From: a bacterium
GTDB taxonomy: Bacteria; Bacteroidota; Ignavibacteria; UBA10030
Assembly: GCA_043803945.1 (NCBI GenBank)
Contig: JAZDJN010000056.1
Span: 1-64,000, forward strand
Reading direction: 5' to 3'
DNA length: 64,000 bases
The notes under the pieces are model-generated. The model saw only the letters and a list, made by a program, of their open reading frames with translations. It was not told the DNA's origin and did not search any database. This document shows, in pieces, positions 28,709-39,159 of this stretch. A program made the position numbers and the translations under genes. Each line of letters opens with the position of its first letter. Position 1 is the stretch's first letter.

Positions 28709-30163
28709 TCAGGCGCTATACGCTGTTGAGGCCGTATCCCCTCCGCGCCCGGTCCAATTCGTATGGAAAAATTCACCTCTCGGTTTATCTATCCGCTCGT
28801 ACTGATGTGCACCGAAATAGTCACGCTGTGCCTGCAACAGGTTCGCGGGGAGCCATTTATGCCGGTACCCGTCGTAGAATGCGAGAGACGAGCTCATCGA
28901 AGGGACAGGAATACCCAGCTCGGTAGCCGTGACAACCACTTTACGCCATGAATCCTGACAATTCTTCATCACTTTTCTGAAATACGAATCGAGCAGCAGG
29001 TTCGTAAGTTGAGGATTCTTCTCATAGGCCTCTTTGATCTTGCCCAGGAAGAGGCTTCGGATGATGCATCCCCCGCGCCAGAGCAGGGCTATTCCGCCGT
29101 AGTTGAGGTCCCATGTATTTTCTTTCGCTGCTTCGCGCATCAACATAAAGCCCTGGGTGTACGAAGTAATCTTTGAAGCATACATTGCTTTCCGAATGTC
29201 TTCGATGAATGCCTTCTTCTTTGCGATTGCTTTTTTCTTCGAAGGTCCCTTCAACAGCTTCGATGCAACGACACGCTCATCTTTGAGCGCGGAGAGGCAT
29301 CGGGCGAATACCGCTTCTGAAACCATCGTCATCGGAATGCCCAGATCGAGCGCCGCAACGCTTGCCCATTTTCCCGTCCCTTTTTGACCGGCAGTATCGA
29401 GAATGTAATCGAGCGCGTATTTTTTCTTTTCATCCTTGTAGGCAAGAATATCTCTGGTGATTTCAATGAGATACGAGCTTAACTCACCTTCATTCCATTC
29501 CTTGAATACTTCATACATTTCCTGATTGGACATCCCCAATCCTTCTTTCATCACCTGATAACACTCGCAGATCAACTGCATATCGCCATACTCGATGCCG
29601 TTATGCACCATCTTTACAAAGTGGCCCGCACCATCATTCCCAACCCAGTCGCAGCATGGCGTGCCGTCGGCGACCTTTGCGGCTATTGCCTGGAAGATCG
29701 GTTTTACGTGAGGCCACGCAGCCGGTGAGCCGCCCGGCATAATTGAAGGACCGCGAAGTGCACCTTCTTCACCGCCCGACACGCCTGTGCCGATGAAGAG
29801 GAGGCCTTTCGACTCGAGGTACTTGGTCCGTCGGATGGAATCGGGAAAATGTGAATTGCCGCCATCGATGATGATATCGCCCGCAGAGAGATGCGGAATG
29901 AGCTGCTCGATGAAATCGTCGACCGGTTTGCCAGCTTTCACCATTAACATGATCTTTCTTGGTGAAGCGAGCGATACTACAAGCTCTTGCAGGGAATGCG
30001 TCCCGATAAAGTTCTTTCCCTTTCCCCGTCCATTGAGGAAGTTATCTACTTTCTCGACGGTTCTGTTATACACTGCTACGGTAAATCCATGACTTTCCAT
30101 GTTCAAGACAAGATTCTCTCCCATAACTGCCAAACCCACTAAACCAATATCAGCCTTGTTCAT
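28709..30163 (-). CDS. gnd: 6-phosphogluconate dehydrogenase, decarboxylating
   Basis: GLAVMG, DGGNS, GVSGGEEGA, KMVHNGIEYGDMQ, QKGTGKW, QAQRDYFGAH. Confidence 0.98.
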   Translation of the reverse strand: MNKADIGLVGLAVMGENLVLNMESHGFTVAVYNRTVEKVDNFLNGRGKGKNFIGTHSLQELVVSLASPRKIMLMVKAGKPVDDFIEQLIPHLSAGDIIIDGGNSHFPDSIRRTKYLESKGLLFIGTGVSGGEEGALRGPSIMPGGSPAAWPHVKPIFQAIAAKVADGTPCCDWVGNDGAGHFVKMVHNGIEYGDMQLICECYQVMKEGLGMSNQEMYEVFKEWNEGELSSYLIEITRDILAYKDEKKKYALDYILDTAGQKGTGKWASVAALDLGIPMTMVSEAVFARCLSALKDERVVASKLLKGPSKKKAIAKKKAFIEDIRKAMYASKITSYTQGFMLMREAAKENTWDLNYGGIALLWRGGCIIRSLFLGKIKEAYEKNPQLTNLLLDSYFRKVMKNCQDSWRKVVVTATELGIPVPSMSSSLAFYDGYRHKWLPANLLQAQRDYFGAHQYERIDKPRGEFFHTNWTGRGGDTASTAYSA

Positions 30164-30224
30164 ACAGCAATCTCCATTGTTCCGTTAATGTTACTATGAA
30201 TAAAATCCCTTTTGGGTTTCCAGT

Positions 30225-31496
30225 TTATTGAAACCTCTCCTTGTAGGCCCATAGTCCCAGCGCAGGATTGGAGATGTAAAAAACCTCCTCTCCATCCGGC
30301 AATAGATTGAAACCATCTTTGAGTATTTCAGGATTGTATCGTTTGAGCATGTCCGGCAAATTGGCATAGCTAAAATTCACACCTTCAATTTCCTGCCGGC
30401 TCAAGAAGCCCGGACAGTACGTTATGCTAAACCTGTTCTCTGACGATCCATGGATAAGGTGTGCCGCCGCGCTGAGACTATTTTTCAAGTCCTCATTCTC
30501 TTCGACAAATCTGAGCACCTCGGGAGTCGTTTTGTAACCGTATTTTCTGATCAAACCATCGATCTCCTTATCTTCGCCAAACTCTTTCAATCCGGGTGCA
30601 AGCACAATGAGTTCTCCCTCATCGGCAATAACCATACGGGTTCGATAGATGCTCTTGTTGCCAAGCCAGGTACTTTTGAATTCATGCGGATCGAGATAGA
30701 CGACCACTTTCTTCAACGGGCTTTCCATCATCTCAAAGTTTACCTGGAGCGACAACTCGGAGGCACACTTGAAGCATTCTTCATCATCACCGATGTAAAG
30801 CCCTTTCATCACAAGAGAGCCATGCTCATCCTTTCCGATCACTGTCTGAACATAGACGATCGGAAGGTGTTTTGCAAAATGTCCGGAAGCATAATTGAGC
30901 ACCCGCCGAACCGGCGTGTCAGCGCGGCCCATCATCCGCTCCATCCCATAGACAGCACCGAGGAAATGACTCTTGTTGATCCCCTCACGCCCGCCTGTGC
31001 CGACAAAGATATTCTTGTTGTAATTTGCCATGCCGATCACTTCATGGGGTACAACCTGGCCGAGCGAGAGAATGAGATCATAGCCGCCTTCCACGAGAAG
31101 TCGGTTTACCTGCGCGGGCCATGGGTAATTCACCTTTCCTTCCGACACCTCAAAAAGAAAACTTGCCGGAACCTCACCGAGTGTGACCAGGTCTTCCCGC
31201 CAGCGATGAACTCTGAATAAATCTTTCGGTACACTGCCGAACATCGTTTCGATCTGGTCTTCCGTCATCGGCGAATGTGTGCCGAGAGCAGGCAGGATGT
31301 CTGTCAACCGATTCCCGAAATAGTCGTAGGAATATCTCGTCAGTTCACCAGCCCGTGAATGAAAGCGTGTAATATCAGGTGGAATGGCCAGCACCTTATT
31401 CCGCTTCCCCATCTTCTCGAATGCAGAATACAATCCCTCCCGAATATCACCTTCGGTCAACGCCGAGGTGACAGATCCCTTTGCATAGTAGAGCAT
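30225..31496 (-). CDS. LarA (lactate racemase) family nickel-pincer epimerase, putative D-mannonate/D-gluconate 2-epimerase
   Basis: PPDITR, ALGTH, VPHEVIGMANYNK, SH and NK motifs match the LarA catalytic and cofactor residues. Substrate inferred from context. Confidence 0.75.
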   Translation of the reverse strand: MLYYAKGSVTSALTEGDIREGLYSAFEKMGKRNKVLAIPPDITRFHSRAGELTRYSYDYFGNRLTDILPALGTHSPMTEDQIETMFGSVPKDLFRVHRWREDLVTLGEVPASFLFEVSEGKVNYPWPAQVNRLLVEGGYDLILSLGQVVPHEVIGMANYNKNIFVGTGGREGINKSHFLGAVYGMERMMGRADTPVRRVLNYASGHFAKHLPIVYVQTVIGKDEHGSLVMKGLYIGDDEECFKCASELSLQVNFEMMESPLKKVVVYLDPHEFKSTWLGNKSIYRTRMVIADEGELIVLAPGLKEFGEDKEIDGLIRKYGYKTTPEVLRFVEENEDLKNSLSAAAHLIHGSSENRFSITYCPGFLSRQEIEGVNFSYANLPDMLKRYNPEILKDGFNLLPDGEEVFYISNPALGLWAYKERFQ

Positions 31497-31511
31497 TCGT
31501 TGCTTCCCTTC

Positions 31512-32597
31512 TTATCGTTTAATCCTTGCACTGCCGCCACCCATCACATGCCGAAGTTCTTCCATTGTAACCATACTTGTATCGCCGCGGGTCGATTGAA
31601 GCAGAGCGCCATGCGCCGTTCCCATTTCGACACACTCCTGCGGCGGCATCCCCTGCAGCAAGCCATAAATGAATCCGCTGCAGAAACCATCGCCGCCGCC
31701 GACACGATCTTCAACCTCAAGATTTTTATAGTTTCGTGATTCGTAGAACACACCGTTATAATACATGATGGCCGACCAGTTATTGACCAGTCCGCTAATA
31801 ACTTCGCGGAGGGTCGTACCGACCGCCTGGATATTCGGATATGCGGCAACAACTTTTTTTACCATCGCTTTGTATCCATCGACCGGCAGCAAATTGAGAT
31901 GTTTATCGGCACCTTCAACTTCAAATCCAAGCACCTTTTGAAAATCTTCTTCGTTCCCGATGAGTACATCGATATAGGGAACAAGCTTCTTCGTCACGTC
32001 AATGGCTTTCTTGCTTGACCAAAGCTTCGAACGGAAATTAAGATCGTAACTAACGATAGTCCCGGCCTCATGCGCTGCTTTCATGGATTCAAGTGCGACC
32101 TTGGCGCAACTGTCGCTGAGTGCGGTAAAGATACCGCCCGTGTGGAACCAGCGAACTCCCCTTTTTGTGAACACCTTCTTCCAATCAACATCACCCGGTT
32201 TCATATGGGCAGCCGCAGTATGGCCGCGATCATAGAGGGTGACACTTGCCCGGACACCAATGCCCACTTCGGTAAAGTTCAGGCCGATTCGGTCTGCACG
32301 GCCCGACCCATCATACGGCACCCAGACAACTTCGCTGATGTCCATGCCGCTGGTGCGTGCGTGATTTTTAATGAAGTGCCCAAGGGGATTATCTACCAGG
32401 CGCGAGACCCAGCTTGTCCGAAACCCATAACGGGCAAGAGCATACGTGACATTATATTCACCGCCACCGGCATAAGCTTCAAATAGTGGTGTGAGCTCGA
32501 TGCGTTGGTGACCCGGAGGGCTGAAGCGAATCATGCATTCCCCGAGCGAGAGAACATCGAATTCATTTTCTGAAGCAGATTTTATTTTCAATGACAT
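31512..32597 (-). CDS. PfkB-family sugar-acid kinase (KdgK-like), copy A
   Basis: LGECMIR, GGGEYNV, SYDLNFRSKLW, GNEED, DRVGGGDGF. Confidence 0.9.
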   Translation of the reverse strand: MSLKIKSASENEFDVLSLGECMIRFSPPGHQRIELTPLFEAYAGGGEYNVTYALARYGFRTSWVSRLVDNPLGHFIKNHARTSGMDISEVVWVPYDGSGRADRIGLNFTEVGIGVRASVTLYDRGHTAAAHMKPGDVDWKKVFTKRGVRWFHTGGIFTALSDSCAKVALESMKAAHEAGTIVSYDLNFRSKLWSSKKAIDVTKKLVPYIDVLIGNEEDFQKVLGFEVEGADKHLNLLPVDGYKAMVKKVVAAYPNIQAVGTTLREVISGLVNNWSAIMYYNGVFYESRNYKNLEVEDRVGGGDGFCSGFIYGLLQGMPPQECVEMGTAHGALLQSTRGDTSMVTMEELRHVMGGGSARIKR

Positions 32598-32631
32598 AGC
32601 CTTCCTCTGATAATATCCTCCTTGAGATTGG

Positions 32632-33720
32632 TTATCGCTGAATACGCGCCGAGCCGCCTTTCGCGAATGCCCGAACGTGTTCAACCGTTGCCATCGTCGT
32701 GTCGCCGGGGAAGGTCGTCAGCAATGCACCATGCGCCCAGCCTAATCTCACTGCTTCCTCCGGAGTCTCACCGTTCAGCAAGCCATAGATAAATCCGCCA
32801 GCAAATCCATCGCCGCCGCCAACACGATCGTAGACGTCGAGCTCGCATGTCGGAGCTGTATAGGTCTGCCCTTCCACCCATGCAACAGCACTCCAGCTAT
32901 GCCGGTTTGTTGAATGCACTTCGCGTAATGTGGTAGCAACCGCTTTTACATTCGGGTACTTCGCTGTGACGCTTCCAATCATTCCGAAAAACGCGCTTGG
33001 GTCAAGCTGTGATTTAGCGGCAACCTCGGGGCCCGGGACACCAAGTCCCTTTTGCAGGTCTTCTTCATTGCCTACCAGCACATCGACATTTTCAACAATG
33101 CGTTTAATCGTATCGACAGCTTTTTGCTGGCCGCCCCAAATACTCCAGAGTTTCTCGCGGTAGTTTAGATCGAAACTCACGATTGCACCCACCTCTTTCG
33201 CCGCTTTCATGCCTTCAATAATGACCTCGCCGGTTGTGGCTGAAAGTGAAGCAAAGATGCCGCCGCTATGAAACCATTTGACCCCTCCGGTAAAGATGTT
33301 TTTCCAGTCAAAATCGCCGGGCTTTAATTGTGCTGCCGCTTCATTCGATCTGTTATAAAAAACGACCGGAGCACGCACGCCTAATCCCTGATCGCTATAG
33401 ACGGTTGCCATATTGGGCCCGTTGACACCGTTATGTTTGAAGTGTTTATAGAATGGCTTTACTCCCATGGCACGCACCCGCTCGGCGATGAGATCGCCAA
33501 TCGGATAGTCGACCATGGCGGTGGCAATCGCTGTGTTCATGCGGAAGCAATCAGAAAGATTTGCTGCCACGTTAAACTCGCCGCCGCTCACATGGATGCG
33601 GCATTTGGTTGCTTTCCGGAATGGAACGATTCCGGGATCCAGCCGATGCACACACGCACCAAGAGAGACCAGATCGAGCACTGCCGTTTGATTAATCTTC
33701 AAACCATGATTCATTCCCAT
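32632..33720 (-). CDS. PfkB-family sugar-acid kinase (KdgK-like), copy B
   Basis: SGGEFNVA, SFDLNYREKLW, GNEED, DRVGGGDGF. Confidence 0.9.
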   Translation of the reverse strand: MGMNHGLKINQTAVLDLVSLGACVHRLDPGIVPFRKATKCRIHVSGGEFNVAANLSDCFRMNTAIATAMVDYPIGDLIAERVRAMGVKPFYKHFKHNGVNGPNMATVYSDQGLGVRAPVVFYNRSNEAAAQLKPGDFDWKNIFTGGVKWFHSGGIFASLSATTGEVIIEGMKAAKEVGAIVSFDLNYREKLWSIWGGQQKAVDTIKRIVENVDVLVGNEEDLQKGLGVPGPEVAAKSQLDPSAFFGMIGSVTAKYPNVKAVATTLREVHSTNRHSWSAVAWVEGQTYTAPTCELDVYDRVGGGDGFAGGFIYGLLNGETPEEAVRLGWAHGALLTTFPGDTTMATVEHVRAFAKGGSARIQR

Positions 33721-33815
33721 ACATTCTTCCCTTCAACTATATGTTATACAAAGCAACCGTCTTCATAGAAAGGGCTGAAGCCCTGTGTGGTATGTTTGGA
33801 TTTTTCATATCCCTT

Positions 33816-33934
33816 GAGGGTGACTAAAAAGAAAATATTACACTAACCCGAAGGCGTCTCGCCGAGGGAGATAGCGAAATTATTATGCTCGGCGAGGACG
33901 CCTTCGCACTAGAAAATACTTTTGGGTCAGCCTC
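33816..33934. mobile_element. MITE-like element A: 16-bp terminal inverted repeats enclosing a palindrome doublet
   Basis: GAGGGTGACTAAAAAG ... CTTTTGGGTCAGCCTC; inside, CGAAGGCGTCTCGCCGAG ... CTCGGCGAGGACGCCTTCG. Confidence 0.7.
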
Positions 33935-33982
33935 AACCAAGAATTTCATATACCAAATTACATTCTTTTGAGATCCTTTTCA

Positions 33983-34816
33983 TTATACACCTGAGTACGC
34001 AGAGAATCCGCCGTCAATCGGCAGAACAATCCCCGTAACAAATTTTGAAGCAGGTGAAAGCAGCCACAGTGTCGCTCCCAGCAAATCATCCGGAGCGCCG
34101 AAGCGTCCCATCGGTGTATGATCGAGGATTTTCTTTCCCCGCGGAGTGAGCTCACCCGTCTCTTTGTCGGTCAGGAGAAATCGATTTTGATCCGTCAGAA
34201 AGAATCCGGGGGCAATGGCGTTCACGCGGATATTCGGTGAATACTCCTGCGCCATATGGACTGCAAGCCACTGCGTAAAGTTGCTCACCGCAGCTTTTGC
34301 CGCCGAGTAGGCAGGAATTCTCGTCAACGGACGGAATGCATTCATCGAAGAGACATTGAGAATGATACCCTCCTTTTGGTTCACCATGATCTTGCCAAAA
34401 ACCTGGCTTGGCAGAATTGTGCCGATCAGATTCAGGTCGGCGACGAATTTAATCGCATCCTCGGGTAGATCGAAGAACGACTGCTGTGGATTTGTCGTGG
34501 CCTTTGGATTATTGCCGCCGGCACCATTGATGAGGCAGTCGACCTTGCCAAATGTTTTGATAACTTCATCAGCGGCTTTTTCGAGGGACTCCTTTTTGAG
34601 AACATCTCCATAGACCACAAGATGTTTTCCACAGTTCGTTTCAAACCGCTTGACAAGTTTCTCGGCCAGCGACGGATCCCGATCAACTATTACGACATTG
34701 GCGTTGCAGCTAACGAGGGCGCACGCCATTTCACCGCCAAGGACACCGGCTCCTCCTGTGATTACGACTGTGCGGCCTGTAAAATCATACATTTGCATTA
34801 AAGTATTCTTATACAT
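33983..34816 (-). CDS. uxuB: SDR-family D-mannonate oxidoreductase (fructuronate reductase)
   Basis: TGGAGVLG, LINGAGGN, SSMNAFRPLTRIPAYSAAKAA, HTPMGRFG, DGGFSAYSGV. Confidence 0.88.
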   Translation of the reverse strand: MYKNTLMQMYDFTGRTVVITGGAGVLGGEMACALVSCNANVVIVDRDPSLAEKLVKRFETNCGKHLVVYGDVLKKESLEKAADEVIKTFGKVDCLINGAGGNNPKATTNPQQSFFDLPEDAIKFVADLNLIGTILPSQVFGKIMVNQKEGIILNVSSMNAFRPLTRIPAYSAAKAAVSNFTQWLAVHMAQEYSPNIRVNAIAPGFFLTDQNRFLLTDKETGELTPRGKKILDHTPMGRFGAPDDLLGATLWLLSPASKFVTGIVLPIDGGFSAYSGV

Positions 34817-34832
34817 GGTTGATCGCTCCTGA

Positions 34833-36149
34833 TTAAATTTCTACACGCTTCATTTTAGGTGCCAAGGCATTGAAGATTACCCAAGCAATGAGATAAGCTG
34901 ATCCGCAAATAAGGAACATCACATAATACCCTGTTTCAATGGAGTTGAGGGCTTTATAGTGATCAAGTAACAAGCCGGCAATTTTTGCAATGAAGATACC
35001 GCCTACGGCCCCGGCCATACCTCCAAGACCAGTAACAGAAGCAACCGCCTTCTTCGGAAACATGTCTGAAGTTGTTGTAAAAATATTTGCAGACCAGGCT
35101 TGATGTGCCGATGCCGCAATTCCGACAATGAGAATCGCAAACCAATAGCTGTATTGTCCTAATGCTTGAGCCGTTGCGACAGGCAATGCACAGAGAGCAA
35201 AGATAAGCATTGCGAGTCTTCGGGCTTTGAATACCTCCCACCCCTTTTTAATCAAATAGCCGGAAAGCCATCCGCCGAAGATACTTCCAATGGTAGTCAT
35301 TGTATAAACAACAGCAATGGGTAGCGCCAAGTCCGTCTTCGACATCCCATATTGCTTATTCAAGAACGAAGGCAACCAGAATAAATAGAACCACCAGATA
35401 GGATCCGTTAGGAATTTGCCAACGATAAATGCCCATGTCTGACGAAAGGTGAGGAGTTTGAACCAACTAACTTTTTCCTTCTCCAGTGATTCAGGAACTA
35501 CTTCATCGAGATCGCTGTGAATATAATCGAACTCGGCTTTCAATAATTTGCTGTGCTTGCTGGGGATTTCATACATGGCAAACCAGAAAAACAACCAAAG
35601 TAGTCCGATGGCACCGGTAAGAATGAATGCCCATTCCCATCCCCACCACATAGCAATTAACGGCACGGTTAACGGTGCGATGATCGCACCCACGTTCGTG
35701 CCTGAATTAAAAATTCCTGTTGCCAGGGCACGTTCTTTCTTTGGAAACCATTCTGCAACAGTTTTTATTGCTGATGGGAAATTTCCCGCTTCACTGATAC
35801 CTAAAACTCCGCGAGCAACCATGAAACCCAAGGTATTGCGCGCAAAAGCATGACCAATCGCAGCAAAGCTCCAGATCAGAAGCGATAAAGCATACCCTAT
35901 TTTTGTTCCTATTTTATCGATGATCCAGCCAACACCGAGCATACCAATCGCGTATGAAATTTGAAATACAATGATGATATCAGCGTAATCCGACTCTGAC
36001 CATCCAAAGAGCGGTTCAAGATAATCGTCTTTTAGCAAGCTGATGACCTGGCGATCGAGATAGTTAATGGTTGTGGCAAAGAAAACCAGTGCCAAGATAA
36101 CCCAGCGGTAGTGGCCGATTTTTTTCTGCATTCCGGCTTGTTCTGTCAT
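34833..36149 (-). CDS. exuT: MFS hexuronate transporter
   Basis: RWVIL...NYLDRQ, EWFPKKERALATGIFNSG, DPIWWFYLFWLP, HQAWSAN. Confidence 0.93.
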   Translation of the reverse strand: MTEQAGMQKKIGHYRWVILALVFFATTINYLDRQVISLLKDDYLEPLFGWSESDYADIIIVFQISYAIGMLGVGWIIDKIGTKIGYALSLLIWSFAAIGHAFARNTLGFMVARGVLGISEAGNFPSAIKTVAEWFPKKERALATGIFNSGTNVGAIIAPLTVPLIAMWWGWEWAFILTGAIGLLWLFFWFAMYEIPSKHSKLLKAEFDYIHSDLDEVVPESLEKEKVSWFKLLTFRQTWAFIVGKFLTDPIWWFYLFWLPSFLNKQYGMSKTDLALPIAVVYTMTTIGSIFGGWLSGYLIKKGWEVFKARRLAMLIFALCALPVATAQALGQYSYWFAILIVGIAASAHQAWSANIFTTTSDMFPKKAVASVTGLGGMAGAVGGIFIAKIAGLLLDHYKALNSIETGYYVMFLICGSAYLIAWVIFNALAPKMKRVEI

Positions 36150-36205
36150 AAAATTTATCGTGTTAGTGATGGTTGTGAGTGGTTGTATTTTAAGACATCC
36201 AGTAC

Positions 36206-37621
36206 CTATGTTGCATCAAATCCAAAATACTCCTTTGCATTCCTGTAGCAAATATCCGAGACCATGCTGCCGACGAGGGAAAGATCATTCGGGAGCATTC
36301 CTTTTTCCATTTCCTCTCCCAGCAGGTTGCATAAGACCCGGCGGAAATACTCGTGACGCGGATACGAGAGAAAACTTCGTGAATCGGTCAACATACCGAC
36401 GAAGCGGCTCAGCAAACCCATGTTCGACAATGCTTGTAGTTGACGTTCAATGCCATCTTTTTGATCGAGGAACCACCAGCCGCTGCCGTACTGCATTTTC
36501 CCGGGACTTGTTCCATCCTGGAAATTGCCGATCATTGTTGCCATCAATTCATTGTCGCGTGGATTTAAATTATAGAGAATCGTTTTGGCCAGTTTGTCAT
36601 TGTTCGCCAGTCGTCCGAGCAATTTTGCCAACGGCCGGGCAATTTCGAAATCGCCAATCGTATCATATCCGGTATCCGGTCCGAGCACCCTGAACGAATG
36701 CGGATTGACATTTCGGAGTGCACCGATGTGGAACTGCTGGGTCCATCCCTTCTCCGCATCCATCACACCAAAGAGGTACAACATTGCAGATTTAAATTGA
36801 AGCACTTCGGCAGTGCTCAGTGTTTTCTGACTGAGAGCTTTTCCGAAGATGTTTTCAACTTCCTGTTGGGTGTACTCTTCGGCATAAATCGTTTCAACGC
36901 CGTGATCCGAAAGCCGGCAGCCATTTGCATGAAAATAATCATGCCGGCGGTTCAATGCATCGAGGTATTGGGAAAAATTGGTGATATGGCTGTTTGCCGC
37001 CTCACCGAGTTTGTTCACCCAGCCGGCAAAGGCTTCTGTGTTTTCAACCATCATCCCCTTGTCGGGCCTGAATGCCGGAAGCATCCGGAACGGTACTTTC
37101 GATTGCCGGCAAAGCGCCTGGTGGTATTCCAGCGTATCGATGGGATCATCGGTCGTGCACACCACCTTCACGTTCATTTGTTTGAGAATTCCCTGTGTGG
37201 AGAATTTATCGCTCTTCAGTTTCCGGTTGCATTCATTCCAGATTGATTTCGCCGTCTTACTGTTCAATAATTTGTCGGAGATGCCAAAGGGGCTCTTCAA
37301 CTCCATATGCGTCCAATGATAGAGCGGGTTTCTCAGTGTTTTTGGAACAGTGTCTGCCCACGCCAGAAATTTCTCCCAGTCCGAGGCATCGCCGGTGATA
37401 AATCGTTCGTCGACGCCGTTGGCCCGCATCGCCCGCCATTTATAGTGGTCGCCGAACAACCACATTTGTGTCATGTTATCAAACTTCCTGTTCTCCGCAA
37501 TATCTTTTGGTGAGAGATGGCAATGATAATCAATAATGGGCTGCCCCTCTGCGTAGGTATGATAGAGTTTGATGGCAGTCTTTGAATTCAGGAGAAAGTT
37601 CTTCGTGATAAAAGTCCTCAT
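36206..37621 (-). CDS. uxaC: Uronate isomerase
   Basis: IIDYHCHL, GDHYKWRAMR, NPLYHWTH, CTTDDP, GSGWWFLDQ, GMLTDSRSFLSYPRHEYFRR. Confidence 0.98.
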   Translation of the reverse strand: MRTFITKNFLLNSKTAIKLYHTYAEGQPIIDYHCHLSPKDIAENRKFDNMTQMWLFGDHYKWRAMRANGVDERFITGDASDWEKFLAWADTVPKTLRNPLYHWTHMELKSPFGISDKLLNSKTAKSIWNECNRKLKSDKFSTQGILKQMNVKVVCTTDDPIDTLEYHQALCRQSKVPFRMLPAFRPDKGMMVENTEAFAGWVNKLGEAANSHITNFSQYLDALNRRHDYFHANGCRLSDHGVETIYAEEYTQQEVENIFGKALSQKTLSTAEVLQFKSAMLYLFGVMDAEKGWTQQFHIGALRNVNPHSFRVLGPDTGYDTIGDFEIARPLAKLLGRLANNDKLAKTILYNLNPRDNELMATMIGNFQDGTSPGKMQYGSGWWFLDQKDGIERQLQALSNMGLLSRFVGMLTDSRSFLSYPRHEYFRRVLCNLLGEEMEKGMLPNDLSLVGSMVSDICYRNAKEYFGFDAT

Positions 37622-37848
37622 CGAGTAAACTCCTTGTTGTTCATACTTATTGAACGTATTTGAGTGTTATTGATAAATGTCAAATTCTACACAATCACGA
37701 TATTCATTGCTATCGTGATGGCAACTACTTATTTCAAATTTTTCTTTTCGCGTTGTGTGAAATCCTCATCTTATTTTTACTTTATTGATGACGCTGTTTT
37801 TTCTCTCCCATCAACAACAATCAAAGAGTATCAAAATAACCATATTGG

Positions 37849-39117
37849 TTATTGCGTTGTAAAGTGCCAGAGCGGACCTGAAAGCGTATCCTTCTCTGTA
37901 ATTTCATTCACCCGCCAGTAATAAGTCGTTTTACTCTCAAGGATCCCTGTATTGAACACCGTTTGTTGTTGATTGCCTTGAAATTCAGGATTGGTACTTT
38001 TTCCGAAATAGACATTGTGCGATACTGCATTTCGTGTCGCTACCCATTGCAGCAGAGAATTCTCGGCCGGTATTCGATACGATCCATCACGCGGCTTCGG
38101 CTGGAACACATAGGGCAGAACAGCGGGCATCGTTCCTTCCGGATCCCACTTCCCTGCAAATGTCCATTTTGCTGTGATGTCACTTTCTTTCGGCGAGCCC
38201 TCAGCCGTCGAGAGATTATCCCGAAACCAATCGTAGTCCCCGCCTTCCCGATGACAATTATAATAGTAGTGGCGCTCGCCCCATTTCCAGGTCCGGGCGT
38301 TGGGCGATACGGGAAGATAAATCTGCCGGTCGGCCATCGATCGGGAGAAGATGCAATCGAGAAGATAGGTCTGGCCATCCCGGTGATGCCGGCCCAGCGG
38401 AAAGTTTGGAACTCCGTCGAAACTCGAATACCGGATCACAAATTTCTGATCCTTGTCATAGCCACCATCATGCCAGAGTGAGGCACTGAGGTTGTGGCCG
38501 AAAAATTTACTGTCGGTAATGTAGCACCATCCGCGCGGACAGACATAATCGACCCACCCTTCAAAGGAACAATCGGCATGGTAGTACATTCCCGTCTCTT
38601 TGTCCCATAAACTTACCGTGTCACCTCCATCCGCAATGACCGTGCAGGCAAGAATGATGATACGCGTGCCTTCGCCGCGGATAGCAAATTGGTGCTCCGC
38701 GGTGTTATGGAGCGATCCATAGTTATTATGGATTGTGAGGTTCGCAAGGATGAGATCGGTGACAGTTGAATCGATGTTGACTGTTGCCGATCCCCAATCG
38801 CTTCCGTTCTGTGCCGCAATCCAGTTCTTCCGGAGCTCCGGGAAGACAATCCGTGTGCTGTCGCGGCTCTCGCCGACAAGTGTGACATAACTTTTTTGAA
38901 TGAACAGCTTTTCCTGATAGAGGCCATTCTTTATGAGGATGATGATTGGGGATGCATTACTTGCCGGGATCGAGTTCAGAGCATCCTGGATAGACCGGTA
39001 GTGGCCGCTGCCGTCCTGGGCAACAATAATATGAGCACGCTCTCCGGTCGATCCGAAGACCAGCAGAGGAAGTAAAACAAGAAGCTGCAAATATTTTTTT
39101 AGGACAACCTTTATCAC
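37849..39117 (-). CDS. Pectin methylesterase (CE8) with C-terminal Fn3-like module
   Basis: VAQDGSG, GGDTVSLW, VDYVCPRG, LGRHH; tail YYWRVNE...WHFTT. Confidence 0.88.
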   Translation of the reverse strand: MIKVVLKKYLQLLVLLPLLVFGSTGERAHIIVAQDGSGHYRSIQDALNSIPASNASPIIILIKNGLYQEKLFIQKSYVTLVGESRDSTRIVFPELRKNWIAAQNGSDWGSATVNIDSTVTDLILANLTIHNNYGSLHNTAEHQFAIRGEGTRIIILACTVIADGGDTVSLWDKETGMYYHADCSFEGWVDYVCPRGWCYITDSKFFGHNLSASLWHDGGYDKDQKFVIRYSSFDGVPNFPLGRHHRDGQTYLLDCIFSRSMADRQIYLPVSPNARTWKWGERHYYYNCHREGGDYDWFRDNLSTAEGSPKESDITAKWTFAGKWDPEGTMPAVLPYVFQPKPRDGSYRIPAENSLLQWVATRNAVSHNVYFGKSTNPEFQGNQQQTVFNTGILESKTTYYWRVNEITEKDTLSGPLWHFTTQ

Positions 39118-39159
39118 ATTATTCCTTTTTGGACATTCTCTCGTTCAAACCTTCACACC

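Noticed and set aside
30450-31220. 256-aa plus-strand ORF
   Set aside because: Antisense shadow of the LarA-family gene.
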